In this document: positions 11,226-22,299 of the stretch, piece by piece
Numbering within the stretch: the stretch's first letter is position 1
How the letters are laid out: each line of letters starts with the position of its first letter
From: Cyanophora paradoxa CCMP329
Lineage: Eukaryota > Plantae > Glaucophyta
Length of the DNA: 64,000 nt
Assembly (NCBI GenBank): GCA_004431415.1
Contig: QPMI01000482.1
Coordinates: 186,001-250,000 of the forward strand
Direction of reading: 5' to 3'
Notes under the pieces: generated by a model
Told to the model about the DNA's origin: nothing
The model's database searches: none
What the model saw: the letters and a program-made list of their open reading frames with translations, nothing else
Program-made: the position numbers and the translations under genes

Positions 11226-11525
11226 ATGACTTCACGGATTCCCGACGCTTTCATAGAACAGCTTCAAAATCCCGATTTATCACAGGATGACCGCAGTAGC
11301 ATTATTTACGAGAACCTTGTTAAGAAAAACGATGGGTGTAATATCAACCAACTACCCGGATATTTACAGAGAGAGTTTAAAAAGAAGGTTTCCCGATTCA
11401 TTGATTTCGATGAGAACACACCCAGGGAAATATCGAAAGCGATTCAAAGGGGGAAGGCACGACATGATGGTAGCGTTATTACATTCAGATTGAGGCAGAA
11501 GCTTGAAAACCGCACACAGAAGTAA
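11226..11525 (+). CDS. Hypothetical protein
   Basis: ORF with AAAAAATGAC at 11186-11195. Confidence 0.55.
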   Translation: MTSRIPDAFIEQLQNPDLSQDDRSSIIYENLVKKNDGCNINQLPGYLQREFKKKVSRFIDFDENTPREISKAIQRGKARHDGSVITFRLRQKLENRTQK

Positions 11526-11555
11526 TAAAAATAGCGCTTGCGCTATCGATGAAAT

Positions 11556-11822
11556 TCACATGGTCTTAATTTTAGCGATCGTATTCACTACATCTATCAT
11601 TACATCGATTGCATCAATATACTGTTTAACATGTCGTAGTCTTTCATAATCTTGCCTTTTTGTGTGTTTAAGGTCAATCTCCCGATGGATAAGCTCAATC
11701 TTCTTATTATGCAATGTCGCCAAAGTCACCCAATGTCCATTATTCATCTTCTCTTTCATGTCAGAGCGGCACGCTAAGCTTGCCTTGCGCAAGCGCTCAG
11801 AAAAACTTTTATCTTCCATCAA
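11556..11822 (-). CDS. Hypothetical helical protein
   Basis: 88-aa ORF convergent with the previous gene. Confidence 0.5.
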   Translation of the reverse strand: MMEDKSFSERLRKASLACRSDMKEKMNNGHWVTLATLHNKKIELIHREIDLKHTKRQDYERLRHVKQYIDAIDVMIDVVNTIAKIKTM

Positions 11823-11830
11823 TTTTTACA

Positions 11831-12331
11831 TTAATCACGTTGCGTCTTTATGTCATTACGACAGATCGGACATTTAAAGCTCTCTGATCTCTTCAACTGT
11901 AAATAGCATGTGTTGCACATTTTGGCGAAACATGTCAAACAAGACACTTGTATTTTACTTTTACAATCATCGAGACATATGACGCACTCCTTAGTTTCAT
12001 TAGATTCAGTAGGAAGGTTAGCAGACCATTTAGAGATGATCTTAGAGATAAACGATTTACACGATGTTTCAGTAAGAACCGGAACAAGAATATAGTGAGT
12101 CTCTAATGTAAGAAAGCAGACGAAACGGGTATTAGGTGAATATCCCGAGTTTTTACGAAACATTTCGAAATACGCACGATGTTTAGTATCATACGGCACA
12201 ATACAGATAGTGTTAGGGTTTGCCTTCTTTAAAGATAGGTCAGCATCGATGAGAACAGGAATATGGGTAATACTCTTAATGTAGGTCAGGATATCCGACG
12301 CGTTCATATTGTACATTCCGCTGTATCTCAC
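11831..12331 (-). CDS. RING-finger protein
   Basis: CVICLDD...CLTC...CNTC...CPICR; shares YxLVPxLxE with 10417-10851. Confidence 0.8.
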   Translation of the reverse strand: MRYSGMYNMNASDILTYIKSITHIPVLIDADLSLKKANPNTICIVPYDTKHRAYFEMFRKNSGYSPNTRFVCFLTLETHYILVPVLTETSCKSFISKIISKWSANLPTESNETKECVICLDDCKSKIQVSCLTCFAKMCNTCYLQLKRSESFKCPICRNDIKTQRD

Positions 12332-12466
12332 TTATTGTTTAAGTTTTAAAATTTGCTTCATTTTTTCATCGCTTCACAAGCGGATCCTATCGCTTCTCGT
12401 GACATGATCTTATGTATCGCACCCGCTACCGTTTGATAACAGATGACATTTTTAAGATGTTATAAT

Positions 12467-12786
12467 AAGGTTACGTTAAGGTTACACAGGTTACGTAAGT
12501 AAAAACGTTACGTAACCTTAAAAATACCAAAAAGACACCATAAATCTCGTGAGGTTACGCAAGTTACGCGGTTACGCAAGTTTTAGACCTTCACCTATAA
12601 AAAGACCCCCAGCCATTTTTTAAAGAGAATTCAAAAAGTTGCGTAACCGTAACCTCAATGGATCTAAATGGTTATTTTTATCGATTACCACACTGAAAAT
12701 GGTGTGGTTTATCGAAAAATCACTACGTAACCTCACCTGTAACCCCGCGTAACCAAGTGTAACCGCCGTGTAACTGTTGTGTAACC
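12467..12786 (+). repeat. Iteron block R3
   Basis: Direct repeat of R1. Confidence 0.85.
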
Positions 12787-12867
12787 GCAGTTTTCCAATT
12801 GTTTAACCAAAACTTTACAGAGAAGGATTTATGAAAAATTGACAATCTTTTTAACATCTGATTACAA

Positions 12868-13329
12868 ATGGATCAATTCATTTATTTCGGAAACACCACA
12901 AACGAGCCGCACCATTACTACGGCGCTTACATGTTGGATATAAGCAACCTCCGTAATACTTGTTTCAGATCACTATTAGATATCAAAGATTGTGGCGTTA
13001 AATTCGATGATGACACAGGGTATTGGTTTGTTTGCTACAAGTTTCACAGAATCTTAAAGCACTTTCCTACAATAAACCCCATCGTTATCGATCCTGATTA
13101 TCATAATCGCCCGAAACGTCTATATTTCGTTGGTGACATAAAAACTAAACTACCTGAAATAGAAGCTAAACGTATATTTACCCAGGCATCATTACGTAAA
13201 TACATTAAAAACCAAGGCGCTTTATTTGATAAGCGACACCGTCTATGGTATGTCACCGATCCTGAAAATGAGATATGCAAGATCTTTAAGATGTTCGATT
13301 GTGATCATCTAACATCTCTACGTGGTTAA
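12868..13329 (+). CDS. Hypothetical protein with two DUF5710-like motifs
   Basis: GVKFDDDTGYWFV and GALFDKRHRLWYV; AAAAATTGAC at 12834-12843. Confidence 0.55.
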   Translation: MDQFIYFGNTTNEPHHYYGAYMLDISNLRNTCFRSLLDIKDCGVKFDDDTGYWFVCYKFHRILKHFPTINPIVIDPDYHNRPKRLYFVGDIKTKLPEIEAKRIFTQASLRKYIKNQGALFDKRHRLWYVTDPENEICKIFKMFDCDHLTSLRG

Positions 13330-13404
13330 AGATAAGCAATTATCATGTATCATTTTTAGTTATCATGATATCATAGTATAACAGTGATTAAATGTAAGAA
13401 TAAC

Positions 13405-13714
13405 AAGGTTACGTTAAGGTTACACAAGTTACGTAAGTAAAAACGTTACGTAACCTAAAAGTATAGAGAAATGACACCACAATGTCGTAGAGGTTACGCA
13501 AGTTACGTGGTTACGCAAGTTTTAGACCTTCACCTATAAAAAGACCCCCAGCCAAATTTTCAGAAAGAATTCAAAAAGTTGCGTAACCGTAACTCACAGT
13601 GACAAAATAGCGATAAATCAACCATTTTAACACTGAGAATGGTCTTAGTAATCGTAAAATATCTACGTAACCCATCACGTAACTCCATGTAACTTTTTAA
13701 ACATCAATGTAACC
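13405..13714 (+). repeat. Iteron block R4
   Basis: Direct repeat of R1. Confidence 0.85.
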
Positions 13715-14416
13715 TTCACATAAAAGTACGATCGAATACATAGAAGAGCAAAACAGTTTAATACAAGCAATTCGACAAAATGCACCACAGATACAATTTT
13801 ATAACCGTAAAAAACAAAATCCCAGTGAAAGGATTCCTTTGTTTTCTAACAATAACATTGATCAGCTATTATAACAAAAGGACATAATATATCATTTTAC
13901 TACAATAGCTTTCTACAATGACATCTCCCCAAGATTCCCCCTATTATTAAAGTGGACTCAAGGTTGACTCATATTAATCGTAAAAGTAGTAATAGTATAT
14001 GGATTTTGTTACGAATTCAATACAAGGGTTGAATAAGTGGGTTGAGTTGACTCAAATTTCACAGGAAATAACAATGAATCAGAATATAAAATGCATTTTT
14101 GAATCAACTACACCAACTAACACTGAGATTTTCACAATATAAGAGGTCCTTACTGAATATGGTATGTGTCACACCCAAAATCCTAAGGGTCCCCCCTTAG
14201 ACTCAACAAAACAATGATAAAATCATATAAGTTTCATGTATAATTACGATTGGATTCAATAAGAGATCGATTTGTTTTATTAACAAATGAATCATTTATG
14301 GATCTTAATCGAGTTTAGCGATATATTTCCGATTAAATGAATTAAATTTAATTAAATTTAATCGAGAAAGTACATGAATATAATATCGATTAAATCAATT
14401 AACTTTTAGACCAATC

Positions 14417-14700
14417 ACACATAGTAAAATGCGGAGTTTTAACCAGAGGCAAGATCTAATTGAGATTCAGTTATATTATTCGGAAATATATACAGATTAT
14501 CGATTAACTCAGTAAGACTAATCGGAAAATAAGAGAAATTTACGATAAAATATCGAAAAGAATACAAAATAATCGAAATAATTGAATATTCGATAAGATA
14601 TACACAGATTATCGATTGATTGAAATAGAATATACGAGATATATCAACAAAATCAATTAAGATTAAGCCGAGGGTTAAAACTCCGCATTTTACTATGTGT
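14417..14700. repeat. 284-bp MITE-like unit with perfect 28-bp inverted repeats
   Basis: ACACATAGTAAAATGCGGAGTTTTAACC at 14417-14444, reverse complement at 14673-14700; AT-rich interior. Confidence 0.8.
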
Positions 14701-15070
14701 AACCACTGGTGGACTGAAATCTGTGACATATCAGTATGCTAAGAGTCTTGTTGATGGTATTGCAGCAGAGACCAAAAACGAAAACAAGATCAAGGAACAG
14801 CCAATCACAAAGGAGAAGGTTGAGAAGAAACCAGAGGTAACCCATGAAGTAATCCCTGAACCTGTTCATGTCGCAAAAGACTCACCAACAGAACTGATTG
14901 CAAAGACAATCGATTACCAAGACTCCAACAAAACGGATTTGCCGGTTCTCAATAAATTGATCCTCCGGGTTGCCACTTCGCAGGCTGATCCAGTCAACTC
15001 GATTCCAAATGCTGCCCCAATGGTCTCAGGGTTTGCAAAGCTTGGTATTAGACCCGGTTATCGCCGTTAA
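14701..15070 (+). pseudogene. 5'-truncated gene, paralogue of 21757-22234
   Basis: GIAAETKNENKI...ILRVATSQADPV...MVSGFAKLG vs GIAVETKMENKI...ILRIASSSADPV...MLSGFTKLG; no N-terminal ATG, frame abuts the 28-bp IR. Confidence 0.6.
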
Positions 15071-15347
15071 GGATCATTTCAGAATTTTTAAAAATCTTGA
15101 ACATTGTTAGCGCTACGTAACCAATCTTATCCCGTAGGCTCAAAACTTCTTCATTTTTATGGAGGCGTTGTAGAGCGAAGTGAACCTTTTTGGGTATCGG
15201 TGGCTTTATCATTTTTCCAGCATCTTCTTTCGTACTGGATGCTCTGCAATCGGGACCAAAATTTGACAGGAGTTTAATCGCTATATACAGACAGAAAAAC
15301 TACTTAAAGATTTCTTAACATATATTAAGAGAGTAGAAAGGGACAAA

Positions 15348-15605
15348 ATGCCAATCAGTGAGGCTCAGAAGCGTGCTACTTACCGTTATCGTAAAACTGA
15401 AAAAGGTCAGGAATATTTAAAAAAGTATAATGCGAAATTCGCGAAGCAAATGCGTGATTTATATCATACTGATGATTGTTACAGAGCCATGAGAATCGTT
15501 GAGAGTTCCCAGCGTCTCTATGTTTCCAATGCAGTCTGCTTTGTTAAGTATCTCTATGGTGTCCCCTATTCTAACCGTGGTCGCAAATCGAAATATGTCT
15601 GTTAA
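15348..15605 (+). CDS. Small basic protein
   Basis: MPISEAQKRATYRYR N-terminus; AAAATTTGAC and CTTAAAGA upstream. Confidence 0.6.
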   Translation: MPISEAQKRATYRYRKTEKGQEYLKKYNAKFAKQMRDLYHTDDCYRAMRIVESSQRLYVSNAVCFVKYLYGVPYSNRGRKSKYVC

Positions 15606-15846
15606 TCGTTTTTCTCAGCGCGATCTGCTCTGAGAAACCCGCGGGAACCGCGCTGGAGCCACAAATAAAATCATTCTGTTATTTTTAGAGTTCGATCATC
15701 GAGCCAACCCTTTGTTATTTTTATAAATGCCCTCGACTAAATTTATTTTGTCGAAGACTTTCGGTTTTGCCGGTAAAAATTGACGCGAGTATAAAAGTAT
15801 TTAAGGAAAACTTTTGTAGGTATATATTAAGACAGTGAACAAAGAA

Positions 15847-18800
15847 ATGCCTCGTCCTTCAAATCTAAGATTGAAGAAGCGCAAGACAAAGTTCCTTGGT
15901 AGTTTATCCTATGGATATGCCAATGACCTGCTCACAGAAGAGCAGTTCAACTATTTCCTTCATGAGATAGCCTTCAAGAGACCGAGAGAGCAGAAGTTAT
16001 TGGATCTTGAAGAAACTCTTGAGGGAATTCTCAGACCGAATGAAAGGGTGCAGAGATTTAATGATGAATTCGATAGGTTGGGCAACATTGATGCTGAGAG
16101 GCCCCAAGGGAGAACCAGAGAGGAGAGGAAGCAAGCCAAAAGAGCGGAGCGCTTTGATCGCAAGCAGAATAAGAAGGCTAAACGTTCCGCTCGTTCCCAG
16201 AAGAATGTGGAAAAGCAGCAAAGTAAGCAGTTCAAAGCGCTGGTAAGGAGAATCATAAGGGATATTGAGGCCCAGGATGGCGATACAGTCTCGCTTCGTG
16301 TGAGGTTTTACCGAATTCCTGAAGACTTCAATAACCTCCCAAACAACTACGATGTTGTTATCCACGAAGACACACCTTACATTGAAACACAAAAATCCGG
16401 AAAACGCGCATTGATGCTTTCCTGCCCAAGCAAGTGCTGGTGAGATTGCTTGAACAGGTGCAAGAGGACTTTAATAACTTCCTTGCATTGTGGACTCTGA
16501 ACGAGATTGCTTCCTTCCTGATTTCTATTGGGCAAAGCAACCCTCGCAATCGAGACTATCAATTCGTTAAGGTTTTCACGAATGATGCGCCCAATGGATC
16601 AGACATCAAGTATCCAGAGGTGATGACAATCGAGGAGATTATTGTCAGCGATAACAAAACAGTATACCCTTTGAATGAACGAGTTCTGCGAGATGGGCAG
16701 GCTCCAAAAATCGTTTCTCGTTTCGTGAAATACACCCTCAATGGTCAGGCTAAGTGTGTGATGGACCAAATATGTCCCGATGATTCACTTACCATCAAAG
16801 ATTGTTTAATCGAAGCATTACATCAGGTTCTATGCAAAGGGTTTGAGTATGCCCGCAGCATCAAGAAGTATAAGAAGGTCAACTACTCCAAAGACTGGCT
16901 CTTTGCTCAGATCAAGGGATATGAACCTAAGCCTGATTCCGATTGGGGAGTGAGTTTTGATGAGCTTCTTCCTTTCTTGAAAAAGTGGCGCATCAGGTTC
17001 ATTGCAATTGGAAAGGATGACAAGGTTATTCATACTCTTTCCTTCAAACCGAATCGAACCAACTCTCACTTAGTTCCCGCAAGTGTTTATGTGCAGATTG
17101 CAAACGACCACGTTTATGTATTAAATAAGGATCTCAGTAAACTGGTTCGTTCTTTCAATGGAACTGGCGCCCGTGAAACCAAGAAGAGTATGGGTTCAGC
17201 AGCCATGAAATACAAGATCAAAACACAGTTCAACGATAACAGCTTCTTTGCTTACAGCGAGGAGGATATCATCAAGATCATTGCCAGAGAGAAAGATAGT
17301 AGTTCTGAAAAAATTAAGATCACATACAACAAGCCACTACTTGAGTTGTTGGGAAGCTTCCGAAAGGCTAATCACGAGGTTCACACTTCCATTACTGATG
17401 AGGGAACAATAACCTACATTCACTACACAATAGAGGATAAAGATGTAATTATCCTTCCACCAGGCAACATGGTGGATATGGAAAATATTGATGTGAACCT
17501 TGCAGATGATGCGCATCGCAAGTTGTTTGATGAGATGAGTCAGATGATGTATAGGGCGCTTATCAACAAACCCTACAAGAGCAAATATAATCCAGAAACA
17601 TATGCAGCATTTACTAAAGGGCAACAGAGTGCATTGACTGGGTTCTTTGGATCTGCCTCTGAGGTCCGAACAATGGTAGAGAACATTGCCTATGGATCCA
17701 TTGATACTCACAAGCTCGACATTTCCAAAGCATACACACACATCGTTTCGAAAGTGCTTAAGGTGTTTCCAGTTTTCAGTTCATTTGATAGATTCGAAAA
17801 AGTCAAAGTGTCTTGCAGCTCGGACATCGAAGACAATTCGTTCTATTCCGTGAAAGTGAAAGCCAAACACTTCAAAGCATTCAGAAATTATGGTGAGGCG
17901 AATACCTTGAATCAATACAAGAGGATTCTCGTCGATTCAAAGTATAACCTGATGTATGGTGAGGTTTTGAAAGAGTTTTACGAGGATATTAAGGATGACA
18001 TCAGCATTGAGGCAGTTCTAAGACCTTATCGGATTGCCGAGAATGTCACCTTGCAGGCTTTCAAGCAGTTGTATGCAAGTCAGCTTTCGACCAAGGAGAA
18101 GAAAGACATTGCCAACCATCACATTGGTCTATTTGGTAAGAAGTCCCAGCGAAAAGCAACCACCTACACCTTTTTCAATAAAAATGATGCTCTGAATTTC
18201 ATTGAAGAGAATGGAGGGACCCTGAAGTTTATAAGTTTCGATCAAGAGAAGCCAACACACACATCAGTTAAGAATGAGAAGGACATTAAATCGCCCATGA
18301 TTTGGTATGTGAACCAGGAAGAACAAGAACGGGCTTTCATTGATGGTTTCCTGCCAATGCAGTGCGTGATTTACTCCACCATGCGAGGCATCATGTATCG
18401 CCTATGCAAGAAATTGCTCTCTGAGGGAGTGGGAGTCCTTGCAATCAAGACCGATGAGCTGACAATCGATAGACCATATCCATTCGAGCAGTTTGACCGA
18501 AACCTATTCGAGAACACTGGAAAGTTTGATGTGAAGCCAGCAAACATGAACTCGATAACCCACAGTAAGAGGACTTCCAAAAAACCAAAGAGCCACATGA
18601 TCACATTTGATCGACTCAAAACTCGTTCCAAACCTTTCATCAATGTTGAAAAGATTGTTCACAAGGTTCACAAGTTCCAGGATGAGTATGACCTCCCAGC
18701 AATCGTAAATGCTTTGGATGGGCAAGGTAATGTGCTGATTAAAGGAGTGAAACCGGGAACTGGTAAGACTACTTTGGCAAAGGCAATGGCCAAGAAGTAT

Positions 18801-20038
18801 GGTAAGAAATGCTTGTTCGTTGCGCCTACTAATAAGAGATGCAAGGATTTGCGAATGGAACTAAAAGCAGAGTGGGGGCAGGATGCTCCTGAGGTGATGA
18901 CTATTTATCGAGCCTTGAATTTGAATGTTGATGATGAGAGAATGAAGGGAAATGTTGGGAAGAAGGTTTCGGAATTATCTAAGTACGATTGCTTTGTTAT
19001 TGATGAGATCTACCAGTTTGAGATTAGGGAATTGGAATCTCTGTGCGATGTGATGACTGTGCAGTTCCCAGACAAACTCTACATCGCAACAGGCGACCCC
19101 TACCAGAACCCACCCATCCAATTCATAACAGTCAATCAACGAGATTACTACAACAAGATCTTCGATAGACTTTTCAAGAACGAGGTTTACCTGCAGGTTG
19201 GAAAGCGTCATAAACTGGCTGCAGATCAGAAGAAATTAGACCAGTTATGGGAGGACTTATTCAGGACTGAACTACCAGTTTCTATTGCTGCCAGACGATT
19301 GGGCTTGAAAGTAGTTGATACATTGGAGAAGGGTGATATCTCAGTATGCAATTCAAACCGCAAGTGTGCAGAGGTGAACAACAAAATGCATAAAATGATT
19401 CATGGAGAGGATCCTGTATATAAGACAGGTGTGGAGCTGATTGCAAAGGTGCGAATGACAACAAGTGAGGGCATCATTCAGCGGGGCTTTGTTTACGAAG
19501 TGGTCGAATACAAAGCCAAGGAAATTCTCACTCTCAAAGACATTGATTCGGGTGAAGTGCATACTCTAAAAAGCGAAGATATCAAGTATTTCGCATTGAC
19601 CCATGCTTTCACCTGTCACATCATTCAGGGTGACACAATCAGGGATTCTCGTGTTGTAATTCACGAGACTGGGTCCCCATATGTTACTGCTGAGTGGTTC
19701 TATGTTGCAGCAACTCGAACCCAGAATCTCTCAGATACTGTGATTTTCGTTGATAAATCCGAGGCAGCCACAATGGTGAAAACGAAGGAGGATCAAGCTC
19801 AGAAAATCGATTCCTACAAATCCAAGACAAACAAGCCAATCGGGAGTTCTCCTTGGCAGAGTATGTTGATTGGGACTGGTTCAAAAAGCAGTATGGGAAG
19901 CAATTGGGGCGATGCAGAAGGTGCTTTGATATTATGGATTTCGAAGAAGCCACTGTTGATCGGGAGAACAATGCTATCGCTCACATTTCTCGAAACTGTT
20001 TCTTGTCACATTGTAGGTGTAACTGTTCAGCCCAGTAA
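15847..20038 (+). CDS. Divergent family-B polymerase + SF1 (RecD/PIF1-like) helicase + C-terminal HNH fusion, ~1400 aa, two apparent frameshifts (~16390, ~19823)
   Basis: LDISKAY, KDIANHHIGLFG, IKTDE; GVKPGTGKT, IDEIYQ, GDPYQNPP, TCHIIQG, YVAATR; CRRC...TVDRENN...H...N...CRCN. Confidence 0.8.
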
Positions 20039-21096
20039 TGGAGAATATTCTATCATACAAAAAATACAAACAGAAGCTCATTAGTGAAGGGAAGGAATTT
20101 GATGAGGCGGAACTGAGAAACAAGTATAAGAATTCCGAACTGCATCAAATTTTCAAGAAGCCTAGGAAAAAGACTACGTTTTTAAGAATAGTTGCCCAGC
20201 CATACTCATTTCAGGTTGATGTCATGTTTTTCAGAAAGTTTAAGACAGCAAATTATGGATACATTAAAGCGCTTAGTTTCATTGACATTCTAAGTAGAAA
20301 GGCATTTGTGTATGCTTTCAAGACCAGCGAAGAGATTCCGGGAATACTTAATAAATTCAAGGGCGAAGCAGGTAAGGTTGTAGGATTGGCAGGGGATAAT
20401 GAGTTTTCCAGTGCGGTTTATCGAACTTGGTGCAGTGAAAATGGTGTCGAATTGTATACAGATGTTGCGAAAGAAGATCACATTTCTGCTGGGAATAAAC
20501 TTGGGATAATCGATCGATTCACTCGAACCTTCAAACAATACATGAACAAACTCATGGTCTCGAGGAATACTTCGAAGTGGGTCGAATTAATCCCAGATGT
20601 GCTAAAGGCTTACAATAACTCGCCTCATTCATCACTGAACAATGATTCCCCAAACCAAGTGTTTGCAAGTCCACAGAAGCAAATGTTTATTTTCCTAAAA
20701 ACCACCAAGCATAACATGGATGTTAAAGAGAATCAACCCGATAAAATCAAACCAGGAGATACTGTAAGAGTTTTAGAGGAGAGAGGTGCATTCTCAAAGG
20801 AAGGCCCCAGGTTTAGTCAGAAGATTTACAAAGTAGCTGGGAAAGATGCTAATCGATTCAAGGTGCTTGAAGATAATGGAGATGATGCAGAGGAATTAAA
20901 GAGACGTTTTAAGCAACAAGAGTTACAGAAAGTGAAACGAGATGAGATAATGAAAATTCCACAGCAAATGAGGATTCAAGCTGTAAAGAAAACAAACACA
21001 GTGAATCGAAAAGTTGCAAAAGAGGGAATCAAACCAAATCGCAGCAAAGTTGTTAGAAAAAGGTATCAATTAAGAAGCGGATTAACTAAAAGGTAG
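20038..21096 (+). CDS. Retroviral-like (rve) integrase
   Basis: FQVDVMF, IDILSRKAF, GDNEF, GIIDRFTRTFK, YNNSPHSSL, GDTVRV. Confidence 0.9.
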   Translation: MENILSYKKYKQKLISEGKEFDEAELRNKYKNSELHQIFKKPRKKTTFLRIVAQPYSFQVDVMFFRKFKTANYGYIKALSFIDILSRKAFVYAFKTSEEIPGILNKFKGEAGKVVGLAGDNEFSSAVYRTWCSENGVELYTDVAKEDHISAGNKLGIIDRFTRTFKQYMNKLMVSRNTSKWVELIPDVLKAYNNSPHSSLNNDSPNQVFASPQKQMFIFLKTTKHNMDVKENQPDKIKPGDTVRVLEERGAFSKEGPRFSQKIYKVAGKDANRFKVLEDNGDDAEELKRRFKQQELQKVKRDEIMKIPQQMRIQAVKKTNTVNRKVAKEGIKPNRSKVVRKRYQLRSGLTKR

Positions 21097-21097
21097 T

Positions 21098-21756
21098 TGG
21101 GTGTAATGCATATAACTTCGATTGATTAGATTTTAGATATAACTTCGATTAAATAAAATAGATTGTGACTGAGGCTTACTGAGATTTACTGAGATTGGGG
21201 ATTGGGTTACTGGGAATCATGCGGATATTGCTTGAAGGGGCAAATTATATTGGGGTAATTTTTGGGTGTAATGCTCACAAATTTGGGTGTAATGCATATA
21301 ACTTCGATTAAATAAAATAGATTGTGACTGAGGCTTACTGAGATTTACTGAGATTGGGGATTGGGTTACTGGGAATCATGCGGATATTGCTTGAAGGGGC
21401 AAATTATATTGGGGTAATTTTTGGGTGTAATGCTCACAAATTTGGGTGTAATGCATATAACTTCGATTAAATAAAATAGATTGTGACTGAGGCTTACTGA
21501 GATTTACTGAGATTGGGGATTGGGTTACTGGGAATCATGCGGATATTGCTTGAAGGGGCAAATTATATTGGGGTAATTTTTGGGTGTAATGCTCACAAAT
21601 TTGGGTGTAATGCATATAACTTCGATTAAATAAAATAGATTGTGACTGAGGCTTACTGAGATTTACTGAGATTGGGGATTGGGTTACTGGGAATCATGCG
21701 GATATTGCTTGAAGGGGCAAATTATATTGGGGTAATTTTTGGGTGTAATGCTCACA
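21098..21756 (+). repeat. 159-bp tandem repeat, four copies plus a partial
   Basis: ATGCTCACA recurs at 21271, 21430, 21589 and 21748. Confidence 0.95.
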
Positions 21757-22234
21757 GCTCAGCTCTGCTGACGAAAACGCTATTTTAGATAAGATCCCAA
21801 ATTCGCGGACAAAGAAAAGCAAAACTAGTAAACTGAAGGATACTGACGATGGTCCGCTGTATGTATCAGAGACTGGTAATCGTAGCAGATATTTCATAAA
21901 AACAGTGACTGGGTTGAAAACAATTTCAAAGAAGCGTGCTGGTGATCTTATTGCTGGTATAGCGGTTGAGACGAAAATGGAAAACAAGATTTTAAACGAA
22001 CCGATTGCTAAGACCAAAATTGATAAAAAGCTTTCTCCTCCATCATCTGCTGTTCCTGCTAAGACGATCGTCGCAATCCCCCAGGTGGATGAGAATGCTA
22101 GCGAATTACCTGTAGCAAACACATCGATCTTGCGCATCGCCTCTAGCAGCGCTGATCCTGTCGGGCCGTCGATCGAATACAAACCAATGTTAAGTGGTTT
22201 CACTAAACTTGGACTACGTCATCGGTGGGAATAA
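21757..22234 (+). pseudogene. 5'-truncated PLV-type gene cut by the tandem array
   Basis: Open frame SSADENAILDKIP...GLRHRWE starts at the array end without an N-terminal ATG. Confidence 0.6.
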
Positions 22235-22299
22235 TTAGCGTCTAGCTAGAACCTGAACTCGAGTATGTAATTAGATTCCGATGATATAGTAATTACGTG

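Noticed and set aside
5902-13714. Integron attC array
   Set aside because: No tyrosine recombinase in the window; blocks are long and iteron-like rather than attC hairpins
21098-21756. CRISPR-like array
   Set aside because: Contiguous units without unique spacers; no cas genes
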